Below are positions 38,160 to 50,860 of a stretch of DNA of 64,000 bases, piece by piece. Each line of letters opens with the position of its first letter. The first letter of the stretch is position 1. The stretch spans positions 65,472,001 to 65,536,000 of the forward strand of contig CM060733.1 of assembly GCA_030704615.1 (NCBI GenBank). Reading direction: 5' to 3'. The DNA is from Takakia lepidozioides (Eukaryota; Plantae; Bryophyta). The notes under the pieces are model-generated. The model saw only the letters and a program-made list of their open reading frames with translations, had not been told where the DNA came from and searched no databases. Made by a program: the position numbers and the translations under genes.

Positions 38160-38660
38160 AAAAAGCCATTAGGTGTGAAATGATCCAGTGGCTGTTTTCA
38201 CACCTTGTGCAACTTTCAGGGGCCACGTGTGCTTTGGCAAACACCGCCACGTGGATCCTAAAGATACAAAGGGTGTGGACTTCTCCACACCTACGGGAAA
38301 ATTGTGCGACAGCTGTCACCAAGGTTGGACGACATCTGGGCAACGGTGTGGGCAACACCTGTATTTTGGTGAGGACAACACGTGTATGGCTACGAAGTGG
38401 CAATGTGCATTTATGTAGAGCGGACATCTGGCATGACATGTGGGTGTGGTAAAAGCCATTCGGTGTGAGATGATTGACTGGCTGTTTCAGGGGCCACGTG
38501 TGCTTTGGCAAACACTGCCACGTGGATCCTAAGGTACAAAGGGTGTGGACTTGTCCACACCTATCGGAAAATTGGGCAACACGTGTATTTTTGTGAGGAC
38601 GACATGTGTATGGCTACGAAGAGGCGATGTGCATTTATGTAGAGCGGACATCTGGCATGC
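38160..38660. repeat. Imperfect ~290-bp tandem duplication rich in CACGTG motifs
   Basis: AAAAGCCATT.GGTGTGA...GGCCACGTGTGCTTTGGCAAACAC.GCCACGTGGATCCTAA...GCATTTATGTAGAGCGGACATCTGGCATG occurs at ~38160 and ~38451. Confidence 0.8.
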
Positions 38661-41574
38661 ATATAGGTGTCCACGCATGGCTTCGCTATGTCAACAGATT
38701 GTGGGGGTTGGGTGCAATGTGTTGGGGATGTACTTATTTATATTTGTTCTGGTTTGGTGCAGTCCGGGGGACAATCTGCAGAGCAAGTCACATGTTGGAT
38801 CTGATGGGCATGAAGTTCCAACTGTGGATGGCGATTCACATGTCTTCCCCACTAATGGGACCCCTCTGTTCATGCTGGGGATTTGGCAAGTTCTTAATCT
38901 CTGACTGTGTGCTTGCAGGTCACATGTGCTGCATGGGGTAGAGCCATTCAGTTGGCTGGAGGTTCAATTCCTCCGCACATCACAGTATGTGGCCCTTATG
39001 AGGGCTTTGACTTATGCATAGAGAGGGCTGGTATGTTGGGCATCTATTTGTGGCTTGTTTAAAAACGCTCAAGAAGTGCTAATTGCTTCCCAACATGGTT
39101 CAATCCAGACCATCAAATAGTCACTCCTTGCATGCCCTTTCTGTAATATTGAGCAACTTTTACATGGAACCAATTTGTTCTGACACCAATTCCCAAAGAA
39201 AAGAAAGTGTGCAAGACTCACCTCCAAGGCCAGCTGTTGAAGAATACACCGCTTATCCTCTCACAACATCAGATGGAAACATAGATGTAGAAGAACCATA
39301 ACCAATTGTGAAAAGGTGGAAGAATGGGACAAGAAGCTTGCCAACTCAAAAGTGAGCCTTTCGCTTTAGATTGTTAGAAACATAGAACGAAGGACTCCGA
39401 ACACAATCTACTTACCCAAGGTTATCCTTTGAACAGGATGCAGGTACCACCAATGTCTTGAGCTGCCAAGACAAGCAATATGTACCACCAAGCCCAAATT
39501 ACACACATGGATCATGTCTGGAATTATGGAACAGAAACTGGAAAGAGCCCCAGGTTCCATCATACACTTGTCACTACCATTACTATCTCTTGCTATCTCC
39601 CCCCTTTCCCCGTTCAGAGGGAGCTCCGTATATACTAATCCATTAGTGAAGCCCGTCAAGACTTGGCACACATAACATGATCAGAAGTTGGAGAAAGCCC
39701 TGATAGTGGTTCAAAGGAAGTAAATATGGGAAAACCAGCTTGAATTTTGGGCCGGCGCACTCGTAATTTTACTGCCCATTACCAACTCGTTGCACCACAC
39801 TTGAAACAAAAGTATTACATAGAATAAGCAGTATGGTTGAAAGGTCTGAGACGTAGATAACCAGTGGCCAGCCAAATGTTGTACAGAGGACACTCAGTAA
39901 TTGACAGGAGAGGCCAGTTAAGTACCTAAACTTGAGGCAAAATCCAAAAACGTAATGTATGCAAGCTGAAATGTGGATAGTCTCTGCATTGCTACTGCTT
40001 CATCCCCAAACCATCATGACCACAAGTACCAACGCTAAAAATTGAAGTGCAGGCTACACAGCTTCTATTCAATGGAAGACGACGATCAGCCCAATCTACG
40101 AAATGAGAGCATTGATGAAATGAATCCAGTCCTCGCCATCAGCTACTGGTATGCATGTTGCGCAATATGCAAGCTGGAGTTCTTTACAAACACACCTGTC
40201 ACATGCAACACACAGCCCCCTCTGTGGCCTTGCGAAGTTGAAGAGAAAAATAGTGATAGAGAATGTATGACCCGAAACAAAAACGTCATACATGAAACAA
40301 CAAAGTTATGGAAAGTGTAGGAAGCTACAGGAAGCGGTGTATGTCAATGACACTGTGTATATCCTTGCTCACCCCAATCCATGATCACCATGACATCGTG
40401 CTCATCCGAGAGGGCATGGAAGGCCAGTCAATGTGTACCACAGGGAGTAATCGTGGAGCAACGGGTACTTCTTGTCAACAAATTGGAGTCTCTTATTGCA
40501 ATTTGCAAGGCACCAAAAGTAGGCCATAGGCTCCTTCTTGTGAATGCCACTCTGACCCAACCAGTGGAGCACGACGAACATAGCTTCTTCTGCCCTGGCA
40601 CTCTGTTCTTGGGCTGCCTTCTGCTTTTTGACTTCAAGATCAAAACTACGAAACCAAGAGCAACGGGCTTCCATGATGTCATCTTGAATTGCCTGGTTTT
40701 GCAAGCGCTGCTGCTCGACATTGCGGTAGTGAGAGGCCTGCTTCAACACCTGCGATTGAGGAGGCATTCCTGCACAATTGGAATGCTTTGCCGGGATGAG
40801 GAGAACCAAAGCACGGGTGCAGCTGCATGGAGAAAACAACAGAATGAGCACATATTTAACGGCGATGGTGGAAGCTGATTGGAAATTCCCGCCACTCCAC
40901 CCCCTCCACCCCGTTGGCACAGAACTGGTCGCCATCATCCATATTACTGACTGTCAGTGCGCAAGTGTGAGCGCCGAGATTTCCAAATCTATAATTGCGA
41001 TGCATGTACGCCTGACAGTAGAGAACTAAAGAGAGCATGAGAATTCAACGTAATGGAAGCCCTGCGGGGATATGCTCTTCATTTTGGGTTGCCCTCACCG
41101 TCTTCATCGATTGCCAAGTATAAAGGAAATCTGAGTGAGTGAACAAAGGAGACCGTGTCCATCTAGTATACTTTCATTGACATTCTATTTCACTTGTTCA
41201 TGTGTACAACACATTTTTCTCATCATTCATCCACAACAGCCACAAGCACTTCGAAGCCAGGGTGGCCTCCTGAGCATTATGGTACAACTGGGCCTCACTT
41301 CATGTATTGGTAATTGAAGGCAGTGAAGAGTGAAGAATAGAGCCAAGTAGATGGTATCTTTAAAAAGGTCTTCCATGCGGCTAATTTCTTAATGATGCAT
41401 ACAATTCTGGGCCGAGAGAAGAGACATTGAAGCTGGAGGAAAACGTAAGGGGTTTAGGGTCTTCTCAGGCACGTGCCGTCAAGTGTGGCTTCAAGTGTAG
41501 GCCATAACCAGTTTAACAATGAATTCCATTGTCAGGAAATTCTTACCTAATCATCTGTGCTTGTATTGACAATG

Positions 41575-41750
41575 TGGGGTAGGGGTGTGCCACAAATTGT
41601 GGTAACTTTTGAGCTGGATGGCACTGGGTTGCTGAATGTTAAGGGAGAGGACAAGGGCACAGGAAAATTCCACGAAGCAATCGTAAAGAATGGCAAGGGG
41701 CGGCTCAGACATAGGGATTTCATTGTGGCGATGGTGAAAGAGTCCGAAGA
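41575..41750 (+). pseudogene. Captured HSP70 (BiP-like) substrate-binding-domain fragment
   Basis: RGVPQIVVTFELDGTGLLNVKGEDKGTGK...NGKGRL...MVKESE matches the HSP70 consensus [30 protein letters not shown]...NDKGRLS..EI.RMVKEAE; no other HSP70 sequence nearby. Confidence 0.85.
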
Positions 41751-41895
41751 TTCCTCCAAGGATGGCCGGGAAATGCCTATAGTGCCAACTGCTGCCCACG
41801 CTGGCATGGCAACCTGCATGGGCAACGGTCATGAAGGAGTTGGGGACGACAAGGTGGCCTCTGGAATTCAGCCTCTGCATGCTTAGAGAATTACA

Positions 41896-43180
41896 GCTCT
41901 GCGGCAACGCACACTGTTTGAGCACCCCTTGTCATTGTTTTTTTCATGTGAAAATCGTGCACACAGGGGTCTCTCTGTAAGGTTGATTCCACCCCTATTT
42001 GGAAGCTCAAACAGTGTGCGGCAACGCACATTGTTTGAGCCCCCACTTCACATTATTGTTTCAAGCTAAATTTGGACTCAAAGGGCCTCTCTGTCCACAC
42101 TTACCTGGCAGCTCAAACAGTGTGCGGCAACGTACACTGTTTGAGCACCCCTTGTCATTCTTTTTTTCATGTGAAAATCATGCACACAGGGGCCTCTCTG
42201 TAAGGTTCATTCCACCCCTATTTGGAAGCTCAAACAGTGTGCGGCAACGCACACTGTTTGAGCCCCCATTTTGCCTTACTTTTTGCCTTGTTTTTCTTGT
42301 TCAAAACGGCCACAAACGGCATCTCTGTCAGGTTCAATCCACAATTACGTGGCAGCTCAAACAGTGTGCGTTGAAGCACACTGTTTGAGCCCCCCTTGTC
42401 ATTGTTTTTTTCATGTGAAAATTGTGTACACATGGGCCTCTCTGTAAGGTTCATTCCACCCGTATTTGGAAGCTCAAACAGTATGCAGCAACGCACACTG
42501 TTTGTGCCACTTTATTGCTTGTTTTTTGATGTGCAAAACGGCCACATAGGGCCACTATGTCAGGTTGAATGCACCCCTTATTGGAATCTCAAACAGTGTG
42601 CGGCAACGCACACTGTTTGAGCCCCCTTTTGTGATTGTTGTTTGTTGTGAGAATTGGCCAATTAGGGCCTTTCTGGCAGGTTGAATCCACCCTGAATTGG
42701 AATCTCTAACAGTGTGCGGCAACGCACACTGTTTGTGCCCCCTTCACTGCCTGTTTTTTGATTTGAAAATCGTCAGACCACGGCCACTATGCCATGTTCA
42801 AACCACCCCTTATTGGAAGCTCAAATAGTGTGCGGCAACGCACACTGTTTTGGGCCCCCTCTCTGCTTGTTTTTTGATGTGAAATTGGGCGAAACACGGC
42901 CAGTATGCATGCTCAAAACACCCATAGTTGGAAGAACGAACAGTATGTGGCCCCCTCTCTGCATGTTTTTTTATGTGGAAATGTGCCACATAGGGCCTAC
43001 CGTCATGTTGAAAACACCCCTATTTGTAAGCTCAAGCAGTGTGCGGCAACGCACACTGTCTGTTCCCCACTCTCTGCCTGTTTTTAGATTTGAAAATAGG
43101 CCACTCATGGCCCGTGTGCCATGTTCAAATCACCCATTATTGGAAGCTCAAACAGTGTGCGGCAACGCACACTGTTTTTG
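41896..43180 (+). repeat. Element C hairpin array: ~12 units, period mostly 115-117 bp, each with GCTCAAACAGTGTGCG-GCAA-CGCACACTGTTTGAGC
   Basis: Stem starts at ~42005, 42111, 42228, 42355, 42472, 42587, 42703, 42819, 42934 (deleted), 43030 and 43146, plus a partial unit at 41896. Confidence 0.95.
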
Positions 43181-43299
43181 GCCCACACAATGCTTGTTTT
43201 CTCATGTGAAATTGGGCCACATCGGGCCTGCCTGCCATGCTCAAAACACCATCTGTTTTTGCCTCTCTCTTATATCAGTTTGAATGAACAACCGTGTAG

Positions 43300-45660
43300 G
43301 AGAAGATGCAAATGGTGGCGGATGAGAACCCTTCAGGGGAGGGGAAGGAGATCATTGCTGATGTGGACGATGAGTTCTATGAAAGCAAAGCCGCTAAGAT
43401 GCTGGGGGGTCAGAAGGTAAACTCTCAGCTTGTGGTGCAAAGTATGCTTGCCCCGGGTGGAAGGTTGAAGATCCCCCTGTGTAGGTTGGTTTCCATGCCC
43501 GTCATTCGTCCACCCCTCATCAAGGACATCCTGAAGCTGGAGGCCGAGTTTGTTCATGGGTATTTGGATGGATCCGCAGTCTTTTACGTTTCTACAAAGG
43601 ATTCCAGAGGCAATTAGCTCCTTGTGGATGAGTCAATTGTGGACTCCTGGGATCCCATTTGAAGACAGGTGAACGAATCCTTCGAACTTCTTCTCTCCAG
43701 GAAACCTTCGACCCAGGCATTCTCAGGGAAGATGTTTCACGTATGGGATGGCAACCACCGGTTGCTTGCATGGATGGCTGTCATTGGGAGGCTGCACTCA
43801 CAAGAGGAAGATCGGCATTACTCTGTTCGATCGATGGTGCTGGATTGTGACGGGAACATGATGGGTCTTCTGACGGCAATGAATGATGTGAACATGTTGG
43901 TTTCTCATTCTACATGTTCCAGTTGTGGTTTCGTGGTTCTTTTGTTCCAGTCCTCTGTTGACGGTTCTTTGATTTTCATTTTGACTTTCACATATCATTC
44001 TGCAGAGGGATGGAGACATCGCATGTCAAAACGAGTCTGGTTCACACACTGTACAAGATGCAAAGGATCGGGCAGATGCCCTTGACCAACTTCAAGACCA
44101 TCCTTTCAGCATAGACGTACAAGAAGTGTGAAAGCTCCAAGACATCAGAAACGTGGTACTCGTTGACCCGTGAGGCTTTCATGGAGTATATGTAGGCGGT
44201 GAGATACATCTTCCATCATTTGGCCTTTCGATATTCTTGCTTCTAGATCTTTGTTTCTGTTTGTTTCCCTTGCCCTTGGGTTGATTCAACTCTCGTGCAT
44301 TCCCTTGCAGCAAGACATTGCAGATGCAGGAGAGCGTGGCAAACTGGAATACTACAGCTCTACCCCTGAGGAGAGAAGGACAGCAAAAGGGGTTGAGAGG
44401 CACATCAAGAAAGAGATGACCGCCACAAGAAGAACTATTATGAGTGCTTTTGTTAGGCAGTTGAGAATTGCCGACCCATCATTCGGATCGCAGTTTCTTC
44501 TGGAGGTGAAAAACCATTACAACAAGCCAGGCAAGCCAGAGATAGCCCAGGAGAAGTTACACAGGTTGTCTACCACTGTTGTGTCTTCAGAACAGAAGGT
44601 GAAGTGGCTACAGATATGGAACTCTGATCCCAGTGTTAGGGATACCCACATATTCCCCAGGCCGGAGAAAGAGAAGAAGACCCAGCGTGTCATTCCTGTC
44701 AGTGACAATGTGCTGGACACATGGCTTCACAAGGCCACTTACTGGAGCCAGGTATGATGTCCTTTGCTGTGTCACTTTCTTTTTGTTTTTTCTGTCCTTC
44801 TCTTTCCATTGGCTGTTACATTGGCTGTGATTGTTTTTTGGTTCATTCTTGCATTTGAATTGTTTTGCAGTTGGAGGAAAGGACCCGGTCAGTTCTACAT
44901 ACTCAGCTAGCTGACTATGGCATCACCATGACAGCACCGAAGGTCTCCTTCCAAGCATACATGAGGAAATGGAGAGCCACAGTGTGGCAATCTTGTTTCT
45001 TCAGAGAGTTCAGCAAGGAGGGTGGCATCAGTCGAACAAATGAGCTTGACCAGCAAGAGAAAGGAGAGGAAGCCTGTAAACGATGCCTTTATAGGTGCGA
45101 AATGGACTGTGCTTCTTTGTTTTGCAAATATACACTCTCCTCCATCCAACCTGTTTTGGGCTGGCTCATATGAGTTTGCGGTGCCGCACACTCATTAGGG
45201 ACAAGCCAAAGGTCCACGAAATCAGGATGTTTGTCCAAGCAGTTCTCTTCCATGAGAATAGACTTTATGTACCTACAGGAACAGAGACAGCCTCATTATG
45301 CAATGCAATTATTGTCTCTCAGCTTTTCCACCACATCAGGAAGACCCCCTAAAACAGTATGTGGCACAGCACATTGCAACCACCGCACACAAAATAGCCT
45401 GAAGGCCCCAGGGTGTGCACCTTGCTGGCAACCAGACCATGTTTACTACTGGGATCTTGCATGACTGGGGCCCAGACCATCTTTCTACTTGTGGTTGGTA
45501 TTTGGATTGCCCTCCTTCTGAGACCCCAGCTCAGGAGGTGTCTTTGAGGAGAGAGAATGAGTGTATAACAACCACCGCCGCAGCAGCCGACCTCGACATT
45601 CATGATAGAAATTTGCGGACTCTTGCAGAGAAGGAACCCCGTTCAGGCAACCTGAGGAGT
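43300..45660 (+). pseudogene. Element C homolog of the ParB(-MTase) gene, N-terminal two-thirds, with stops; interrupted at ~45667
   Basis: LKIPLCRLVSMPVIRPPLIKDILKLEAEFVHGY..FYVS, FSGKMFHVWDGNHRLLAW, IADPSFG..EKLHRLST, WLQIWN, HLSTCGWYLD are collinear with the B gene. Confidence 0.8.
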
Positions 45661-45744
45661 TATAAGAGGGGGAAAATAAAACATATAATTATTATCTATA
45701 ATTGCCTTTAGGACTCCTTAGGACTGCCATACTGCCGATTCAGG

Positions 45745-46095
45745 ATTACTGTCATTCGGATGTCGGAACCGAAATCCGGACTCGTGGTGAATCATGACTG
45801 TAATCTCGAACACATTCATCCGTAATTCGGCGCCGAAATTCAACCCTTATGTGCAGAAACAATTTCATTAAGAACATGTTCATCCAAATTTCGGCACCGA
45901 AATCCATCCGTCGGGTGCTTGCTCAGTTTCATGAGGTGAACAAATTACGATTTTTGTCGGCGGAATTCATCCCCTGGCTTCCAAATCTGCTACATTACAG
46001 AGATGTTCATCCAGATTTCGGTGTCGAAATTCATGAGAAGGCCTGATTTATTGTAGCCCAACTGGTGGTACATCACAATTCAGGCACCAAATATC
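45745..46095. repeat. Element D palindrome array (TTCATCC...ATTTCGG-NN-CCGAAAT)
   Basis: AATTCGGCGCCGAAATT (~45823), ATTTCGGCACCGAAAT (~45888), ATTTCGGTGTCGAAAT (~46015) and degenerate copies. Confidence 0.75.
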
Positions 46096-46281
46096 CGATG
46101 TGAACTTGTTGTGGTCGTCCGTATTTGTAACGTACGTTACACACCTTCATCCATACGTGCACTAATCACCCATCCTGTTGGATACAGAATCCTCCAGAAA
46201 ATGATTGTGGTATTATGAATGACACACTCTCCTCATTGCAGGACTTTGCTGCGGAGCGTACCGAGAGGTACCGTCTTCAAC

Positions 46282-49149
46282 ATGGACTCCCGTGTTTGGG
46301 TAAACGTGTACTTCCATCCTGATTCTCTAAAAGCTAAAATACGCTGCGACCAAGGATTTGCGATTGTCACTGAGCAGTACTTGTGTGTGAAGTTCGGGCT
46401 CCGCCCTGGAACGGTGTTTTTGGAAGAGGAGACGAAGGATGCTTATGGAAATTTTTCTGGAAAGTGTCGTCATTCTGCATGCAGATTTCGGAAAGGGCAA
46501 AGAGTGGCGGCTCCTAGCTTCTGAATCCATCCGGTACAGTGCAATTGGTGAAATCATGCCTAAAGAGTTCCCACGCTGGAACTTGGTTGATCCTCTTTCC
46601 ACAAGAGGGTCTGGCGTGCAAGATGTGAAGTCTGCCATGAGGGATGTGGGCACCTCTTCACAAGCAGAGAAGCCCAAACATGTGAAAAGGGAAATCGAGG
46701 AAAACAGGGAAACAGTCGTCCACGACTTATTAAGTGATGATGAAGACTGTATGGTCATTCCATCGTATGTTTCAAAGTCGTCCGTCACTAGGAGTGTTTA
46801 GATGTCAGCAGACAATGAGCACACACCCTCGGACTCAACTTCCATCCGCTCAGTAATCGACATATTGCGGAGGATGAAGACAACGGGTTCCCGGTCCAAT
46901 GACCTTCTTAGGCTTGATTACGACAAAACTCCAATCCATTCTGTGGAAACTTTGCCTGAAGTTGTGGATGGGAATGCTATCTACGAGTTCCCTCCAGTGC
47001 CGGCAGGCGCAGGCCCAGACGGCATGCTGGCAGGAATGAACAGGAAACATGACGGCCACCCTTGGTGTGTCACCAAAACTTCGTCGTCCAACCTGGGTGA
47101 TGGAGTTCGAGTGAGATATGTATTGTGTGTTGGGCATCTTAAATGTTTCTCGAGCACATGTTACCATTACACGAGCAGAGGCACCCGGAATGAGACTGAC
47201 TGGATTGGCAATTCGTCAACCCCATTTTGGCCTCAAGGTAGAGTTCCTGCAGGGATGTTCAACTGTGCCCATTGCAACGTAGCCCCTACGTGTATGGCAG
47301 TGTGCAATGCCAAGCAGTATTACGTTGGGACCGTCGGCCCAGCGTGCACCAGAGCATGCATTCACATCGGAAAGCATGACCACCCCGTCGCCAGAGGCAA
47401 TTGCAGAGTCGCTTTTCAACAAGCCCACGATATTATCAAGGAGGAGGTGAGGTTCAGGCCGGGAGCAAAACCAAAGCAGATACAGCTTGCATCCGCACAT
47501 AGAATTGCAATTGGCAAAATAATGTCGGAGGACGGAAGCACAAGAGAGAAGTTGGGCGAGGGGGACATGAAGGAGCTGCTGGAAGCTGTCTCCCATGTGT
47601 GCAACCCCAATGTCAGGAACCACATTGTCGGCTGCAAGAAACAAATCGGAAGAGGATCAGACATGCACTCCATCTTGGAAGTGAAGCGCACATGCGGCTA
47701 CGACTTCATCCAGGGCAGCTTCTTTCCCGGTCAAGGCTCAGAGACGGACAGGTGCTTCATATTTAAGATGTCAACGTGTGGACCGGGGAGCGGTGTCGAT
47801 TTGGTGAAGCGGATGACCAGTGGAGACCTCTCAAATTGCTGGGTCATGTTCGACCACATCAGGCGAATTACCAACCACGATTGGGTGACAATGGGGGCAC
47901 ATGTATACGACCTACATTGCAGAAAGTTGATGACCATTGCTATCTGCGAAATGAAAGGAGAAGACACAGATTCGGAGTTGCATATGTGGCGCGGAATTAA
48001 TGAGCAAATGGCGAGAGCGAAGTTGCCCCCTCCCGATTTTAGGGGCTTCATGGCTGACAATGCCCATGCGAACTAGGCTGCAGTGAGGAGGGTATATGGG
48101 GACGACCCAAAGACTCCAATGGAAGGTAAGGAGAGATCTTGCGGGTTCCACTTCATGCAGAGTTTGACGCAAAACACGAAAAGGTTCGTGGCGTCATGCC
48201 ACCGGCAGGATCATATCAGTATGTGCCTTGCGTGGAAAAATGCGAATTCCATCGACGAGGCGGAGACCGAGTTTGCAACCATGCAATTGTGGAGCGAGAT
48301 GTGTCGGCCTCGCAGTGGAGAATTACACGGACCCGTCTGTCATTTTGTGGCAAATGTTGTGCTGTTCGTGTCGACACCAACCAGAGATGCAATGAGATGA
48401 TTCGTAGAAGCCCGCAGGGCGGTGTGCCTGCCCCTTGCTTCACAAGGAGATTTGTGTGCGCAAAGTTTGTGGAGGCCACACTGAAGGAGTTTTGGTTCTG
48501 CAGGCACAACATCATGTCGTGTGTGTTTGGCAAGCCCAAGTATAGTGTACAAGGCATGCCTGAACCACCAGCAGTCTGGCCTGTGGCAACTCGTACAGAT
48601 CTTACCTTGGAGGAGGCAGACGCTCTAGGAAGTGCAGGGTTTCGACTGGTGGAGAGGACAGACGTTCCATGAAATCCAATTCCCAGTCGTCATCCTCCTC
48701 CCACGAGAAGCTCTTTGCCCCGCATACGGGTGGGTGACCCCGCAGCTTGGCCCACCCATCGGTGGGGGAAACTGAAAAGACGGCGGCCACCAACAAAGGC
48801 AAACGACACCAGGATGGCCAACGCTCTTGCAATGCCCTGCATAGTGCAAGGTTGCAGGGATGTTCCTCACCCCGGGATGGGGCGCATATTTCAGTTGTCA
48901 ACAGCCGGGTCTGCTGCGCATAGTGTCGTGTATGCAATCATGGTTTCTCAGTACCCAGCTTGCAACTGTGAGGACTTCCTTGTTATGGAATCGAGGAATG
49001 CAGCATACGTCCCCTGCAAACACCTTTATTACATTTTTCTGAAGCGCATGAGTTGCATATCCGCAGTGGACGTCTTCATTCATGCTCCAACACTGAGTTT
49101 CAACGAGCTGCACAAGGCCCTACGGCAGGATACAGATCGGACTGCTTGA
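46282..49149 (+). pseudogene. Element D GCM-MULE-SWIM transposase, with premature stops and an internal deletion at ~48285 removing the catalytic Glu region
   Basis: ORF 46802-48076 is closely homologous to the B transposase (HDGHPWC, HIGKHDHP, WVMFDHIRR, FMADNA), then ERSCGFH, then a jump to IVERDVSASQWRI; SWIM CNCEDF..PCKHLY. Confidence 0.9.
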
Positions 49150-49833
49150 CATTCCACATTCAGGAAGGAGAAAGTGGCAATTATATTTCATTCATCTTCT
49201 TGCACCCTATTTTTTTATGAGGAATTATACACTTGGTGGTGCCGCACCACCATGGCTCCAGGTGCATTTTGATGCCGCAATACATGAGAATGTGGTTTTT
49301 GGCCATGAATGGCATGGGCATGCTTTTTTTATTTTGGTTATGTCTATAAATGGATAGAGGAAAGCATACATTGTGTGGAGATACACGGGTATTGTGGCCT
49401 ATTTCAGCGCCGTTATTGGTCTGTATACTGCATAGTGCTTCCTTGTTACTGCTCTTCATTCAATTTGTGGTGATTTCGCAGCCCATCTTGGCATTTTCGT
49501 CCACCTTTATGAGAAGACTCCAATTTGCTACCAATACATTGTCAGTGTTATGCAAATGTGATGCCTTTACAAGATTGCTAGTTCTGTGTCCCAGTGGGAA
49601 GGGTCATACTGCACATTCTAGCATTTGCATACTGCACCTTGTGCAAACAGCAATCCATACGACAAAAGACACGTCCCAGCATACTGGCAGTGAATTGCAA
49701 AAAACCTTAACAAAAGATTATCCAAGCATGTATATTCCCCATATGGCACAGGGAAGCTACTTGATTTTTGAAGCAAAATGTATGTGCCATGAGTGTTGGC
49801 GAGTCGAAACATGTCTACTCTAGCATGCAAGAC

Positions 49834-50397
49834 CTATGGTCCCCTCGCCCAAAAAGAAGGAACTGGAACTGGCCTCTCAAGGACCTCCTGAGTGACCGGG
49901 TGCCGATATTTGAACAAAATGTCAGCGGTTTCTGTCGCCCGGTTGAAACTAACGAGGATGTCGTGTTTATTGATAGCGCCCCCTTTGTAGAAGGACATTT
50001 TCACAGTGGGCCCTGTGTTCCCCTCCTCCTCATCCTCATAACTGAAGAAAATGTCCCCACTTTCCGAGCCAGGCCATCCACGCGTGAAGTTTTCACCTAT
50101 GCACTCATCATACGTCCACTCGCAATAATTCCAGCGATACAGCAACGCTGTGCGTGATCTGTTCGGCTCCCACTCAAGCGGAAAGTCCAGGTCCATGATG
50201 TGTAGGAACCACCTGCTCCCCAGCCGGGGTCCAGGAGAATCGTGCAATCCTGGAAGAAACTCCATTGCTCTCAGCTGGACAAGTCGAGGATCGTCCCTGT
50301 AAACATCTAGGAAGACAATGATGTCATTTGCTTTCGGGACAATGACTCCCGTCTGGCGTCGATAGATGTGATTCGGGCACGACATGGCCTCACGACA
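49834..50397 (-). pseudogene. Element D unknown cargo protein (third family member), 5' end cut by the B2 insertion
   Basis: NDIIVFLD..LRAMEFLPG..WFLHIMDLDFP..RSRTALLYRWNYCEWT..GENF..GDIFF..PTVKMSFYKGGAINKHDILV. Confidence 0.75.
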
Positions 50398-50860
50398 GGG
50401 GGCTGCTATTTCATGAGCCATGAGCCATGAGCGGCATGAGCCATGAGCAGAGTCGTAAGTGTGGAAAAAAACATGAGCAGCACTATTTTCCGGAAATGAG
50501 TGTCCGCGGGAATAGGGTTTAGGGTGCCACGGTCATAGGGGGAGAAGGACCTCCCGATGAAGGAGGTTCGGCAATGTTATTTAGAATTATATATTGAAAG
50601 GCAATGTTTCGCGAATGGTAGGGTGGTACTGCTCTGTACAATGGGGGCCCATTTCAGCCTACCAGCCACTTGCAAAATCCACCCACACTCCCAATCCCAA
50701 ACGAAATGAGCAATGACGCATTCTCGGAACGATGGACACAGAATAGAATAAAAAGAGGGCACAATGAGGTTTTTATTGATCCACATAAATTGCATTTTAA
50801 GCACGTCTACTGTGCTGATTGTGCAATCAAATCTTTAGCCCTGTGCCTACTGAATACAAG

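Larger units (their letters stand above)
45668..50397 (+). mobile_element. Element D: related Mutator-like element (putative left end GGGGG at 45668), interrupted by B2
   Basis: Abrupt switch from the element C gene to GGGGGAAAATAAAAC..., followed by a palindrome array, a transposase and a cargo ORF. Confidence 0.6.

Noticed and set aside
38950-40050. Possible highly decayed LINE remnant on the minus strand
   Set aside because: Only faint hints (SSVQHL, FQVWCNE); insufficient to call.
41896-43180. CRISPR or tRNA-like array, or a series of Helitron 3' ends
   Set aside because: Linkers are homologous to each other (tandem repeat), there is no cloverleaf, and no CTRR follows the hairpins.
22943-50397. 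Simple 27.5-kb tandem segmental duplication
   Set aside because: Identity starts exactly at the TIR, the flanks are unrelated and B1 has its own TSD, which indicates two transposon insertions.
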